DNA of 64,000 nucleotides from NCBI GenBank assembly GCA_965112155.1, contig OZ218100.1. One strand, given 5' to 3'. How positions within the stretch are numbered: the first letter of the stretch is position 1; every line of letters starts with the position of its first letter. Below are positions 40,311 to 53,276 of this stretch, piece by piece. The notes below the pieces were generated by a model that saw nothing but the letters and a program-made list of their open reading frames with translations, was not told where the DNA came from and searched no databases. A program made the position numbers and the translations under genes. Source of the stretch: Podarcis liolepis. Its lineage: Eukaryota.

Positions 40311-40545
40311 CTTGGACGGTGTCTCTATTTATTATGCCTTTAATTGCTCTGGCAACATAAAGAATAACAGATTTCTTCAGCTAGAGTTGAACTCTCACAT
40401 GTTACTGTTACACATTATCGTTCTTAGTTCTGTATTTACAGAACATTAGACTTTTTTTTACCCAAAATTTCAGATTCTCCACTTGCAAGCATAAACATAT
40501 TTACACATTCAGAGACGCAAAGGTTTCCCTTCTCTTAGACCAATA

Positions 40546-40874
40546 CAGTAGTGCCCCGGAAGATGAATGCCTCACAAGACAGAAAACTCGCTAGACGAAA
40601 GAGTTTTCCGTTTTGGAGGTGCTTTGCAAAACGAATTTCCTATGGGCTTGCTTCGCAATGTCTTGTGAGTTCCTGCTGTTTTTTTTTTCCTTTCCCCCCC
40701 TTTTTCTAAGCCGCTAAGCCGCTTATCAGCTGATCCGATCAGCAGATAAGCCGCTAAAAGCCGCTAATAGCGCTAATCCGCTAATCCTTCAATGGGCTTG
40801 CTTCGCAAGACGAAAAAACCGCTAGACGAAGAGAATCACAGAACGGATTCTTTTCGTCTTGCGAGGCACCACTG
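40546..40874. mobile_element. Tc1/mariner-type MITE
   Basis: TA TSD; TIRs cagtagtgccccggaagatgaa/ttcgtcttgcgaggcaccactg; related to 63182-63531. Confidence 0.88.
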
Positions 40875-41262
40875 TACTCTTACTACCCCAGCAGAGCCCC
40901 AAGCATATCTTAACTAAACAGATTATATATGGAAGCATTTTATACTTAGACCCAAGACACAGACTCCTACTCCCCTTGTCTTCTCTTGGAATAACAGAAA
41001 GCCTGCTGCAGGTCTGTATTTATTCCAGTTAATAAATTTGTTCATTGTTCAACCTGCTACAGTAAGGGTCAACAAACAACAGAGGACACACACCCCTTCC
41101 ATTCCCCAGATGTGCAAACCACATTCCTTTCCAGAGTTCAAGGCACTCCATCCTCTGTGATAGCTTTAAGGCCAAAGACATGGATGAGCTTAGTTCCTTT
41201 CCCCTTTGCCCTGAAGCAATCATGGGCATCTATCCTAAGTTGTTCCCTTTAGCCTAACTCTC

Positions 41263-41824
41263 TCTCTCTCAATAATTTTTATTAAGTTTTCCATTTTCCA
41301 TTTCAAAATAAACATTATACATAATACCAGTTTCCAAAGACTTCCCTCCTTCCCCTCTGTGGTTCATTTTGCTTGTCTACCAATCCTGCGTATTTTACTA
41401 TAGCCATTTTGGTCAGTTTTCCAATTTTACACCACTCAAATATTAGTTACATTGTTGAATTTATCTTAATGCTGCCAGCGTTTTCAGCTGTGTGCAATTA
41501 TTTTCCATAAACTCAGCAAAAAAAATCCACTCTTTGAATACTTGTTCTTTTTGCTCTCTTATTATATATGTTAAACATGCTAGTTCTGCATATTCTGTCA
41601 TCTTAAGTTGCCAGTCCTCCTTGCCTGGGACCCCACAAAAGAAAACTCGAGCCGCCATTGTTGCATACATATATATATATTTTCTGACACCGGGAACCTC
41701 TGTCTGAACTATTCCTAACTAAAAGGCCTCTGGTCTTTTTGGGAAGGTTGTTTTAAACATTTTTTTTCCAGCTTATTATAAATCATTCCCCGATATTCTT
41801 TAACCTTTTTACATGCCCACCACC
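41263..41824 (-). mobile_element. L1/Tx1-type LINE 3' fragment
   Basis: Minus-strand peptide MYATMAARV...KEDWQLKMTEYAELA...EWIFFAEF resembles squamate L1 ORF2 C-terminus; A-rich tail; 18-bp TSD ccct(t/g)tagcctaactctc (41245-41262, 41825-41842). Confidence 0.8.
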
Positions 41825-41955
41825 CCCTGTAGCCTAACTCTCATCCATAGCCAGTTACAGGCTTGCAGCTGTTTGCCACTCTTTGTTACCGATATTCTGA
41901 GAGAGCATGAGGCCCTTTGTATGTTGGAGAAACAGGCGTATAGAGCACATGTATA

Positions 41956-42075
41956 AAGCACATGACTTCCCTCAAAGAATCCTGGGGACTGTAGTTTCAT
42001 CCTCAGGGAGCTACAATTCGCAGCCCCCTTAATAAACTACGCTTCCCAAGATTCTTTGTGGGAAGTTATGTGCTT
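41956..42075. mobile_element. Palindromic MITE-like repeat
   Basis: ~42-bp imperfect inverted arms aagcacatgacttccctcaaagaatcctgggg.../...cccaagattctttgtgggaagttatgtgctt. Confidence 0.7.
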
Positions 42076-42348
42076 CAAACGTGTGCTGGGTGTGCTTTAA
42101 ATGTATGGTGTGGATCTGCTCTAATTCATCCACCGACTGTTATTGGAAAAGATAGGGGTCTCTACGCTGCTGTCCTCCCCTTTCATGTTTTTGCTTCTCT
42201 AATATATTTGGAAGTGATAACAGTACTCAAATGAAGAGTGATTATCACGAAAGCTCAGCTTGATTCTTACATTTTATCCCACGAGTGCTTGTGGACTGGC
42301 ATCCCTAATGACTTAATTCTCCTTCTCTCTCTTTCTCTTTTTAATTAG

Positions 42349-42543
42349 AAAAACCACGGGAAGCTTGTTTTGACCCTGGCAACATAATGAATGGAACTAG
42401 AATTGGAGCAGACTTTAAACTCGGATCGAGTATTACTTACCAGTGTGATTCTGGCTACAAAATTATCGATCCTTCCACTATCACTTGTGTGATTGGTGCG
42501 GATGGAAAACCTGCGTGGAACAGAGTGTTGCCATCTTGCAATG
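42349..42543 (+). CDS. CSMD1: CSMD1 exon, Sushi domain (EKPREACFDPGNIMNGTRIG...WNRVLPSCN)
   Basis: Long polypyrimidine tract then ttag acceptor, donor gtatgt; 195 nt; read directly from sequence. Confidence 0.96.
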
Positions 42544-42768
42544 GTATGTAGTGAACTGGAAGGTGCTTCTCTCTGCAATTGCAGGCTGGAAGAACTAGTT
42601 CCATGTGCACTGCCATGCTATTAGCCAGCATGAGCCAGTGTGATGGGCCAATGGGGGAAGGAAGGGGAGGGGAGTGGGGAAAAACCTACCCTCTTTGCTG
42701 CTCACCTTTACTGCTGTTCTCATTACTGATGATATAAGGAAAGGAAAGACTGGAGTGTGACTACTCCC

Positions 42769-42870
42769 TGTAGATCAAGACCACCCCCAGAAACATCATA
42801 TATACATCACAGAAGGGGTGTAGCTCAAGACCACCACCCCAGATACATCATACCTACATCACAGAAAAGG
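42769..42870 (+). repeat. Two-copy ~50-bp tandem duplication
   Basis: tgtagatcaagaccacccccagaaacatcatatatacatcacagaagggg followed by tgtagctcaagaccaccaccccagatacatcatacctacatcacagaaaagg. Confidence 0.9.
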
Positions 42871-43159
42871 CGGTCTAAAACAGAAATTTGAATGTTGTTT
42901 TTCCTGTTTGCCAGGTTATCTGATTGCCTTTGCTGATAGTCTGTCACCCATTAAAATGTTGATTACTCAATTCCTGAGACAATGGGAAGGCTCCCTGACC
43001 CCCCCCCCCTCCTTGCAGGGAAAACATTTGGTCAGTTTGGGAATCAAAATGGTTTCAGGTCGGTCTTCTTGTGCTGATCTATGTACGTTCTTGGTTGGTA
43101 TACTTATGAACATTACCATATATCTAAAACCTCAAAATACCTATCACAAACCCATCTCT

Positions 43160-43350
43160 GTTGAGTGCCCACTGCAATATCCCAGGTTCAATCCCTTGTG
43201 TCTCAAGTTAAAAGAATCAGGTAGTGAGTGGAAGTGAAATACTATTGCCTGAGATCCCACAAGGCTTCTCTCAGTCAGAGTAAACAATATGGGACTAGAT
43301 GAGCAAATAGTCCTATGAGATAGCAGGCAGCTTTCTATGTTATGTTCCTA
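43160..43350 (+). mobile_element. Degenerate tRNA-derived SINE (Squam3-like)
   Basis: B box ggttcaatccc, body cagtcagagtaaacaatatgggactagatg, tail ctatgttatgttccta. Confidence 0.6.
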
Positions 43351-45834
43351 AATCTTCCTTCAGTTAGCAGATGAAGAAGATCCTGTTGAACCTAATTCTA
43401 ATTTAGTAAAGCCAGGCGGATGGCCTTCCTGCTGCTTCCCCCCCAGGTTTAGTGCTGAATCAGAGCAAACATCCATCAAATTTGTTCTGATTTATTGCTA
43501 AAGTGTAGGTTTTCTGGGGGAATGCAGTGGGGCAAAGGGAAAACCACTCTGACACACAACAAGTGAAAAACTGCTTGGACCTGTGCTTTCTAGGCATGGA
43601 ACAAGCAAAAGTGTTAGTGAGCCCTTAGTGACATTCTGTGGCAGAATGGAGTTCTTAATGGGGTTTTATTGAAAGTGAAGCACTAATTGTTTTTATATTT
43701 AAATAACTTAAAATATGCTAGTTGCACCGAGGGAAAAGACAGATGTCTTAAATCAATAAATTGTGAAAGATTTTCTCTCTCTCTCGCTCTGTTATTTCTT
43801 ATTTATCTAAAGACTTACCAAAACTTCTCCAAATTATTAGTTTTCCTCCCAGAGGTATTTGCCAATGGAGATGCAGTATTGTTGCTGATGATGATTGTCG
43901 ATGATGATAATGATATACCAGTACATTTTAAAGTAGTAAATATCAATACAGTTTAAAAACAGAAAATTATTTCTCAAGTTTAGCTCATGATTTCATTGCA
44001 TGAGACGGGGGTTAGTTTAAAGCTTTTGATTGATAGAGTGTATAATAAAAGGTTAAAAACCAGATACTGAAGCCTATTGAAACATTAATTACTTCTCAAG
44101 AGAATACATTGACAGAGCAGTCCAGCTACTACCTCCACCACCCCTTACACCAGTCTCAAGGGTTGGATTGAGTGGAGGTGTCATTCTATTCAGTTCTTCA
44201 GGCTGAGCTGTCCTCCCACTGGTTGCTGAACAGACAGGCGCGTTTCAAGGGAGGGCGTGGGCAACTGTATATAATCCTGCCCCCTTTCTGAAGCCAATGA
44301 AACGATGTGGTTTCAGATATGGCAGGGGCTCCACCTCTCTGCGGAGCCCTGGAGGCAGTAGGGAGTTTTGATTGCACCTTAAGTCTGGAATTCTGCACAC
44401 CCTCATCTTGGAAGCAGGCCCCATTGAAGAAGTGGCTCTTACAGGATTGCACTATATTTAGAATTATTTTGAAGGCAGTATGCTGGATTTCTATTTCTTG
44501 AATAACTGCTATTCCCTATATTTTAGCTTGAAAGCTTTTATGTCTCAAAGCAGGATATGAATGCAGGTTTAAAAATCTAAAGAGAATGTAGTTACTTGCT
44601 GGGAAAAAAGTCTTGGCAGCTACAAGAAAGATGCAGCCTTTGGCAAATAATGGACATCTTTCATCTGATTGCTGACAACTCCATTTCTGTGTTTCAAGCA
44701 AACATTGCAGCACAATCCCATTTGGCTATAAAATGCATACATATTTCCAGCTATATGCACAGACTATCACCCTGTAGCATCACACAAGAAAATTGTCCTT
44801 CCCCTGAAAAATGTCAGGCCACATTTTCTCTCACCTACCCTGAAATTGTTTTCTTTTTTTAAAATAAAAAGGCTGGTTTTATACCTTTGCCCAGCTCTAA
44901 TATAGATAGATAGTATTGGATCCAATGAAGAGTAACCGGAACTCAGTTCATGCAACTAGTCTTTTCCGCCTGCAAAGTAACTCTTGAGGGCCAAGGGACC
45001 ATGCCATTCTGGCATGAGATACGGCACTTGAGCTCTCATGGGGAGGAGAAGTTGGCAGAAGTTGAGGGAGGAGGCTTCTCATGTGGGTAGAAGTGTCTTT
45101 CTGTCTTCTTTAAACCACTGAGTTTTTCGAATGGGGAATATCATTCTTCGAAGCTGCAGTTGAGAAGCTGTGAAATGTGCGTACATCAGAGAAGTGGCAA
45201 ATTAGCACCTCGGTTCCACAGCGATCTTGCTGCACACAGACTGCAGACTTGCACGCAGTTACGTTCAAGGATGTTTCTTGGTAACTAGGGAAGGGATGTG
45301 TTGAGGATTTTGGTCTAAATCGCTATTTATTTTCTTAGTGCTATTTGAGAGAAGAAAATCTGAGAGTAGTGTGTCACTTGCTTCTCTGCACACAAAGGCT
45401 TCTGTAATATCAAGTCTCCAGGGATACTTTCATTTTCTGCTTTCAAAGCTAAAACCCTCACATTCACTCAAGGATATATGTTCCAGACAAGTTCGGAAAT
45501 CATTTTTGCAGGGCCGTCAGAATGGAACTAACTTGTACAATTAAGTTGATTGTGCAACAGTGATTCAGAACAACCTTGGGCCTGTTCGTTACATTGCATA
45601 AGCCAGATCTATGGTTTGAATCAGATCAGGGAAGTAGAGCTGGAGAAGTGGTCATTTAACAGTGCAATCCTATTTTTGTTTACACCACATTTTGTTTACA
45701 TCACATAAAGTTCAATAGGCGTTAACTTCAGGTAAAATTTTAAGGTTCCAGCTTAAGTCTCCCTGTGTCATATTTTCCTAATCTAAATTACTCCCAAGGT
45801 TGGTTTTGTTTGTTTGTTTGTTTGTTTTGGCAAG

Positions 45835-45885
<51 letters not shown>

Positions 45886-45892
45886 CGCGCGC
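45835..45892 (+). repeat. (AT)n(GT)n(GC)n alternating purine-pyrimidine tract
   Basis: Seen directly; preceded by (GTTT)n. Confidence 0.95.
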
Positions 45893-46389
45893 CTGTATTT
45901 GAACAGTAATCATGGCAGATTCCATCACAAATCTCCCAGTGGCTCATCAAGTTTGGCCGTAAATGGACCATCTTGGTTGATTTCAGGTATTTTAATCTAT
46001 CCATCCATTTTCCCTTCTCAAAAATGTCCTCATCAAAAAAAAGAAGAAGAAAAGATTGTAACATAGTTCACTTCAAAGTTCTGTGCAGGACCCAGCACAC
46101 AGTTGGGAAGGAGGACTAATAGAAGGAGCAGCAGGAGGAAACACAACTCACCTTCAGGGTTCTTCACTAAAATGTTATTATTTCTGCATGCTCCTTGAGC
46201 TGCATGCTGTCAGCACTTACCAGGCAGAGACATCTGTGGAGTTTGCACAGAACTGAGTTGTGTAATTTTTTCACCTTAGTGGGCAATGAGAAGCATACTG
46301 AATATGGAGTTCCATTTTTAATATAAAGGTTAATAGCCACTGACAGAAATTTTTATTTAAATGTACTCTACATATTTGTCTAGTCCCCC

Positions 46390-47200
46390 TTTTTTTTAAA
46401 GCCATCTAAACTAGTGATCACCACTACATTGTGGGGTAATTTATTCCGTAAATTAATTAGGAATTATATGAAGAAACACATTACTTTGTTTGCTCTGAAC
46501 CTACTGTCAATCAGCTTCACTGGGTGACTGCATCCTGGGAAAGAGTAATATCTACTGTGTTTCCCATGGCCATCTTTTTTTCTAAAGGAGAAAAAGCTTG
46601 GATCTTTTAAGGTTTTCTCTGCAGAGAAGATTCTCTAACCTGCCGATCATTTTGATTGCCCTGTTCCATAGGTTTCCCAGAAATACAATAAAGCAATACA
46701 GTGTCTTTTTTGAGATGGAGTGGCCATAACTACAGACCATATTCTTAACCTGAGTCCACCATACATTTATATAATAGCACTGCAATATTTGCCATCTAAT
46801 TTTTTGTTTCTTTCATAATAATCCTAACATCAAATTTTCCTTTTCACTGTCACAGCAAAGTGAGCTGATGTTTTCAATAAGCTTTCCACTGTGACCTTGA
46901 GTAGTGACAGCCAATTTAGACCCCATCAATGTGCATATATCTATTTCAAGTGCATCACTTTGCATTTAAAGTAGACATATACATTGAATCTAATCTGCCA
47001 TTCTGTTGCCCAGACACCCATGCTTTTGAAATGTACTTTTCGAGAAGTTCACAGTCTGCTTGGTATCCTCTGTCATGTTGGCTTCTTCAGTATTCATTCC
47101 TGATTTATTAAATCTATTATAAATAACTTTAATAACACCAGTCCCAAAACAGCTTCATGGGACCTCATTCATTGCATACATTCATTGTGAAACCAATCAG
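46390..47200 (-). mobile_element. Old degenerate CR1-like LINE fragment (approximate bounds)
   Basis: Minus-strand residual peptide RAIKMIGRLENLLCRENLKRSKLFLL resembles CR1 [26 protein letters not shown]. Confidence 0.6.
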
Positions 47201-48148
47201 TTGATTCTTTGCCTTTTCCTCCTGTCGCTGCTACTTTATTCTAGCTAGTATTACACAAGATGATTATGATTATTTCAATTTACATTCTCTCCTAAAGGAG
47301 TCCAGGGCACTAGACACAACCGTCATATACATTAAGAAAACAAAACGTGTTTTAAGGCATTCTGAAAACAGCTTAAGCCTTCTCAGCCAGTGATCTCTCC
47401 GTGTCAGTTTCCTCACTAATATTTGGAGTTGGATGAACTATAAAGGAACTCTTCTCTCTTAACTCGACTTAGTGATATGCCGCTGTTTGAATGAAAAGTA
47501 TAAAGCATTTTTGCACCAGTCTATGGCCCCAGGTTTCATTGGAGGCTTCAGTACTTGGAGTAACTTATTCACTTGTACTGTATGTTCTAATTTAAAGTTT
47601 TCTGCTCTTGTTGCCTGGTATGTTCCTCCCTGCAACACTTACTCAGTTTCCCAAGCCACCTAAAGGCTCCTTGCTTGTCCTTTCTCCCTTGCTTCTTCCC
47701 TTTGCTGCTTCTCTCACTTCAAATCCCTCTGAAAAATCCCTCTACTGCAAAACCTTCAGCACAATCCCTTAGTCTTCATCCCCGGCAGAAACATTTTTGT
47801 TCTGTTTGGCCGTTCTGAAATGGTCAGGGTTTGTAGGTAACAGGTGATAGATATGTCGAAGTATTGGAACTCCAAGAATTTTTTACCCGATGTAAAAAAA
47901 GTGTTGTTGTTTTTTATAGTCACAAATCCCAGCATACATAATCATGTGGATGGATGTCAGCAAAACCCACAGAGCACATGATCCGTCATGGATTTTAATC
48001 TCTCTGTTTTGCAATTTAAATTATCCTATATATCTTTCTATCACATATTAATTGAGCAGAGAGCAGGATAGGAAAGGAGCTAGATAGAAGTTTGGTTATA
48101 AGCTTTATATTGTCAGTGGAGATGTTGTTGAAGAGTACCACGAGAATT

Positions 48149-48170
48149 CGGTCAGGGGTACCTTTACCTT
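48149..48170 (+). mobile_element. Extreme 5'-truncated Sauria SINE tail (22 bp)
   Basis: ggtcaggggtacctttacctt between 13-bp TSDs tacca(c/t)gagaatt (48136-48148, 48171-48183). Confidence 0.85.
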
Positions 48171-48358
48171 TACCATGAGAATTATAGTGTATGACTTTTC
48201 TCTCCCTCTCTTTCTCAAATGCAGGCTTGTGTGTTTATCTTTGCAGAATGCATTGAGTACATTCCATATAACTTACCTCTTTGCAAATTTTTATTTATTT
48301 TTAAAAAAATAATTTTGAAACCATTTTTCAGTCAGAGAATACCAGAGCACTTCACAGG

Positions 48359-48360
<2 letters not shown>

Positions 48361-48417
<57 letters not shown>
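48361..48417 (+). repeat. (AC)n microsatellite
   Basis: Seen directly. Confidence 0.98.
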
Positions 48418-48419
<2 letters not shown>

Positions 48420-48960
48420 AAACAAAATAATAAAACATTCTAAGAAGACATGCAACTAAAACATTGTCTTTTAAAAAAACCAAACTGAAGATGCTAAAGA
48501 ACTTGTACTAGTGGCTAAAAACACCTGAGTGAACAGGTATGTCTTTCTTGATGCCACACAAGCATCAGTGGCTTCCTAATCTCCAAAGGGAGGTGGTTCT
48601 AACAGGATAAGACTACTGAAGGCTACTAGCCATGATGGGTGTGCTTTGCTTCCACATTCAGAGGCAGTAATGCTTTTGAATGCCTGGAATGCTAGAAATC
48701 ACAGGAGGGAAGAGTGTTCTCATGCTTGAACCTTGCTTGTGGGTTTCCCACAGACATCTGTTTGGCCCCCATGAAGAAGACCCGCTGACATGTGGCTATA
48801 ACTGTGGACTTCAACTGGCTGAAATCCTAAACAGCTTCCAGAGAGTAAGCTTCACTGAACACAGTGGGACTTAACTTCTGAGCAAACATGCATTGCCAGC
48901 ACATTAAATGTGATGAGTTCTAATCTGATTGCAGTTCAATAGCACTTTCCCTCGGTTTAA

Positions 48961-49122
<162 letters not shown>

Positions 49123-49774
49123 TAGCAGTCACTAATTCTTTCATTCTGATTTTGTTCTCGGTGTACAAGTTGCTGAGCTAAACCAAAAGTATTTTGTTTC
49201 TCATGAATGAACACAGCTAACATTGTACGTAGCTCCTGAATATTTATCAAGATTATTATTTTTATTCTATTTTGCAAGAATAGTTTTAAGGCTCTACAGT
49301 CTCCAGGGCAATCAACAGAGCAGAGTTAACCACAGAAGATACCAATAATCAGAACATATAATGAACTATAACTGAGTACATAAGTTTTTATATGGGAATA
49401 AGAATTCATTCATTTTTGCTCATACACAGTATCAGAGACAACAGCAACAACGTATTAGGGTTTCTTTTATTAAAACATATGGCATAATCGAGTTTCCAGT
49501 TCTACCTGCCAAAGGGAGTATTGCCTCCTTTCATTCAAACAGTAACCCACTACCACTATCTAGTAACCTTGAGTAAACTTTCAGGATGCATTTACAATAT
49601 GGGATTTGGGGAGGACTTGCCTACGACTGAAAACAAAAAAGTCAAAAAAATCACACTGGGTGTACACAAGCTCTTTTGAATGCCAATAATTGCTTTTGGA
49701 CCCTGATCCATGTACTCCCTCCCCCCCCCCAAAAAAAATTAACACACACAAAATGAAATACAAATTAGAGGTGA

Positions 49775-50408
49775 TGTCTGTATAATGGCTGATTTCCCCC
49801 ATTCTGGGTGGGTGGCGTTAGTGGCCCCTCGTGGTCTTGCACAATCCCTGGGCAGCCAGATTGTTCAGGTCAGCTGTATGTTAGCATCCACCCCCCGGCT
49901 GGCTGCATCATAGGGCAGGATTGCCTGCCAAATCTCCCAATCACTGGACCCCTAGTGGGTGAAGCCTTGCTGGTGGACCATGAGTCAGAAGTTCCCACTC
50001 TGGTCCACCAGTGACAGTAAAAGCCAACCATGCCAGCACCCTTCCACGTGGTCTTCAGCATATTCAGGGTACCGTGTTAAAATTGTCTCGTTGGAAGCCT
50101 CTGTCCAGAAGCCATGGGTGGAGCATATGGCCATAGAGGTTCCAGCAGCAGCCTTAGGGTGGCCTTCACACTAGATAGGCATCTTGTAGAGGCAATAATC
50201 CCCGGCACAACCCTGAAATGTCTCAGCCCTCCAGCAGGAGGCTGAGGCAGATATGCACCCAATGTCTGAGCCGAAATCCACCTATGTCTGGAATCAATAA
50301 AGTTGTGGCCAATTTTATCCCAGGTGGTTGTCCGATTGACTTTATTCAGCACACACTTGCTATAGACATGGCACCCGGAGTGGTCTTGGTGTTGCGACTG
50401 GGATTACA
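49775..50408 (+). mobile_element. Candidate LTR-like element
   Basis: GC-richer block, TG start, AATAAA near 50296, ends ...gggattaca; start resembles the minus-strand start at 12269; no TSD found. Confidence 0.4.
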
Positions 50409-50488
50409 ACTTGTGGAAACACCATAGAAATTTATGACATACATTTGGCCCAGATTGGGATTGAAGGCATCTATTTCTAAAATAAACT

Positions 50489-50841
50489 GGGACGCAGGTG
50501 GCGCTGTGGGTTAAACCACAGAGCCTAGGACTTGCCGATCAGAAGGTTGGCGGTTCAAATCCCCGCGATGGGGTGAGCTCCCGTTGATTGGTCCCTGCTC
50601 CTGCCAACCTAGCAGTTCGAAAGCACTTCAAAGTGCAAGTAGATAAATAGGTACCACTCCAGCGGGAAGGTAAACGGCGTTTCCATGCGCTGCTCTGGTT
50701 CGCCATAAGCGGCTTAGTCATGCTGGCCACATGACCCGGAAGCTGTATGCTGGCTCCCTCGTCCAATAAAGCGAGATGAGTGCCACAACCCCAGAGTCAG
50801 CCACGACTGGACCCTAATGGTCAGGGGTCCCTTTACCCTTT
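50489..50841 (+). mobile_element. Sauria SINE, full length
   Basis: gggacgcaggtggcgctgtggg head through ggtcccttta tail. Confidence 0.95.
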
Positions 50842-52566
50842 TTAAACATAGCATGCTATAGAATGAAAGGATACATTAGTTAATTGGATTTTTAAAAATC
50901 TTCTTGTTGTTATTGTTGCTGCTGTTGCTGTTATTTGTTAAATTTCTAAACCACCCTTCTTCCCAAAGGAGCCCAGGGTGGCAAACACCAAAACAGTAAA
51001 ACAATACTGTTAAAAATAAAATAAAGAAATCAGGTTTTTAGCAGACCAATGTTTCTTCCAAACCAGTAGTAAACAATGGGTTTTCACATGGAAAGCAGCA
51101 GAGCACCCCCCCAAAAAAAACCCCCCGCCCAGACCCATTACTTGAAATTGAGGGACAAATAGAAGTTTGGATGGGACATTAATCTAGGCAGATTTTTTTA
51201 GACTCAGCTAGTTTGACTTCTGCGTCATGTGGTGTCAAACATAAGATTTGTGGGCCTCATCAGGTCACTTTAGAGGGTTCCAGTGTGACCCACAGCTAAC
51301 CTACCATTCTTCATACACGTCGTTCTGTTTTCTGTGCTAGAAATCCACTAATTCACTCTTTGCTGTTGTGTTCCAGCTACAAATGCTTAAGGATAGACAT
51401 ATTGCCACAGCTGTAAGAACTGTATTTCAGCTTCCCCAATTTATGGTGGAATTGATGGCTTGGTGTTGAGTTCAAGTAGAACTAACATTTTTCAGTGGAA
51501 AATTATTGGCTTTGCCTCAGATGTCTACACTGGGTGGGAATTTTCCATCCAACTCATTTGAGTTTGACACCACTGGATTGGGCTAATAAATTGTTCCTAT
51601 AAGTTCTATATCCATGAGAAATGTTTATTTTAACTGAAGTGTGTGTGTGTGTTATGTGCTTGACATAAATAAAATTCCCCCTTTAGAGATATGAATGGGG
51701 GGAGTGGGTGGAAGGGGGTGGATGGCCAAACTAACAAAAAAAAGAAATAGATTTTGTTGCAATTTAAAAATAAGCTTATTTTTAAAAAACCAAAACCAAA
51801 ACGGAATTCTCTTTTCCCTTGATACCGAGGAGATACAATTTCACAGTAGGTAAATGCAGTTTTGTCAATGAGGGAATTAACTAAATTTGATCAGATAACA
51901 CATTTCAGTGATTCATTGTCTCACTCAGCTAACCCCACTGTGCATCATGGGAAGCACTGCATTACTCTTTGACTGAGGGTGGATTTTTGTTGACTTTAGA
52001 CCTGGAATAAAGTATGAGATAATGTGTCTACAACATTATAGTTCCCAACAGATAACAGTACACTTGGTTACTGTGTTTTTCTTTCCTGCCAGCTCTAGAG
52101 GGTATAAACGAGAGATGGATAAAAGACTGGTGCATTGGAGCATTTAAATAAGAAATCACTGAGCATTCAGAATTATTAGTGTCCTGAGATGGCAATTACA
52201 ATAAAAGCCTATTTGAGTTTTATACAGGAGACATATTTACGACATTAAAGTATGAGTTACAAAGTGCTTTCCCCCACTCACCTTGTGGTCAAATAGACAT
52301 GTAATTTCTTTGCATCATAGTACTGCTGATGAATTCTCTGACATTTCCCCATACATAATACTTTTAAATCTCATTAAATTTGCTGAGAAAACCTATGGCT
52401 GGACTAATATTTTAATAGTTAATAAGGAGATAACCGTTAGAAGTAAATATTTCTACTAAATGAAGATTTAGTATTTATTACTTCTCAAAGGAAATGGATA
52501 TTTTTATCATTATGTTACAAAGAAACAGTATGAACATTTATAGTAATAGAAAAAGCAATGCCAGTA

Positions 52567-52808
52567 CAGTCGCACCTTGGATCCCAAACGCCTTGCGAGT
52601 CAAACATTTTGGCTCCCTAACGCCGCAAATGAGTGTTCCAGTTTGCGAACGTTCTTTGGAACCCGAACATCCAATGGGGCTTCTGCAGCTTCTGATTGGC
52701 TGCAGGAGTTTTCTGCAGCCAATCGGAAGCCCTGATTTGGTTTTTGAATATTTTGGAACTCAAACGGACTTCTGGAATGGATTCCGTTCAACTTCCAAGG
52801 TACCACTG
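52567..52808. mobile_element. Tc1/mariner (Tigger-like) MITE
   Basis: TA TSD; ends cagtcgcaccttgga/tccaaggtaccactg; central palindrome gattggctgcagg...ctgcagccaatc. Confidence 0.85.
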
Positions 52809-52934
52809 TATTTTGAAACCTAGTTTATAGCAAAGGAAAACCATGAGACAGAGTAGAATGAGTTCAATTTTGCCCATGGCTTTTGCTGTTGGACGCACAT
52901 GAAGGCTACTTGGTGTTTTGATTAACATAACAAT

Positions 52935-53276
52935 GTGGGTGGCACTGTGGGTTAAACCACAGAGCCTAGGAGTTGCCGATCAGAAGTTCGGCGGTTCGAA
53001 TCCCCGCAACGGGGTAAGCTCCCGTTGCTTGGTCCCTGCTCCTGCCAACCTAGCAGTTCGAAAGCACATCAAAGTGCAAGTAGATAAATAGGTCCAGTGG
53101 GAAGGTAAACGGCATTTCCGTGCACTGCTCTGGTTTGCCAGAAGCGGCTTAGTCATGCTGGCCACATGACCCGGAAGTTGTACGCTGGCTCCCTCGGCCA
53201 ATAAAGTGAGATGAGCCCCGCAACCCCAGAGTCGGCCACGACTGGACTTCATGGTCAGGGGTCCCTTTACCTTTAC
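52935..53276 (+). mobile_element. Sauria SINE, near full length
   Basis: Matches the other copies; ACCTTT tail. Confidence 0.95.
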
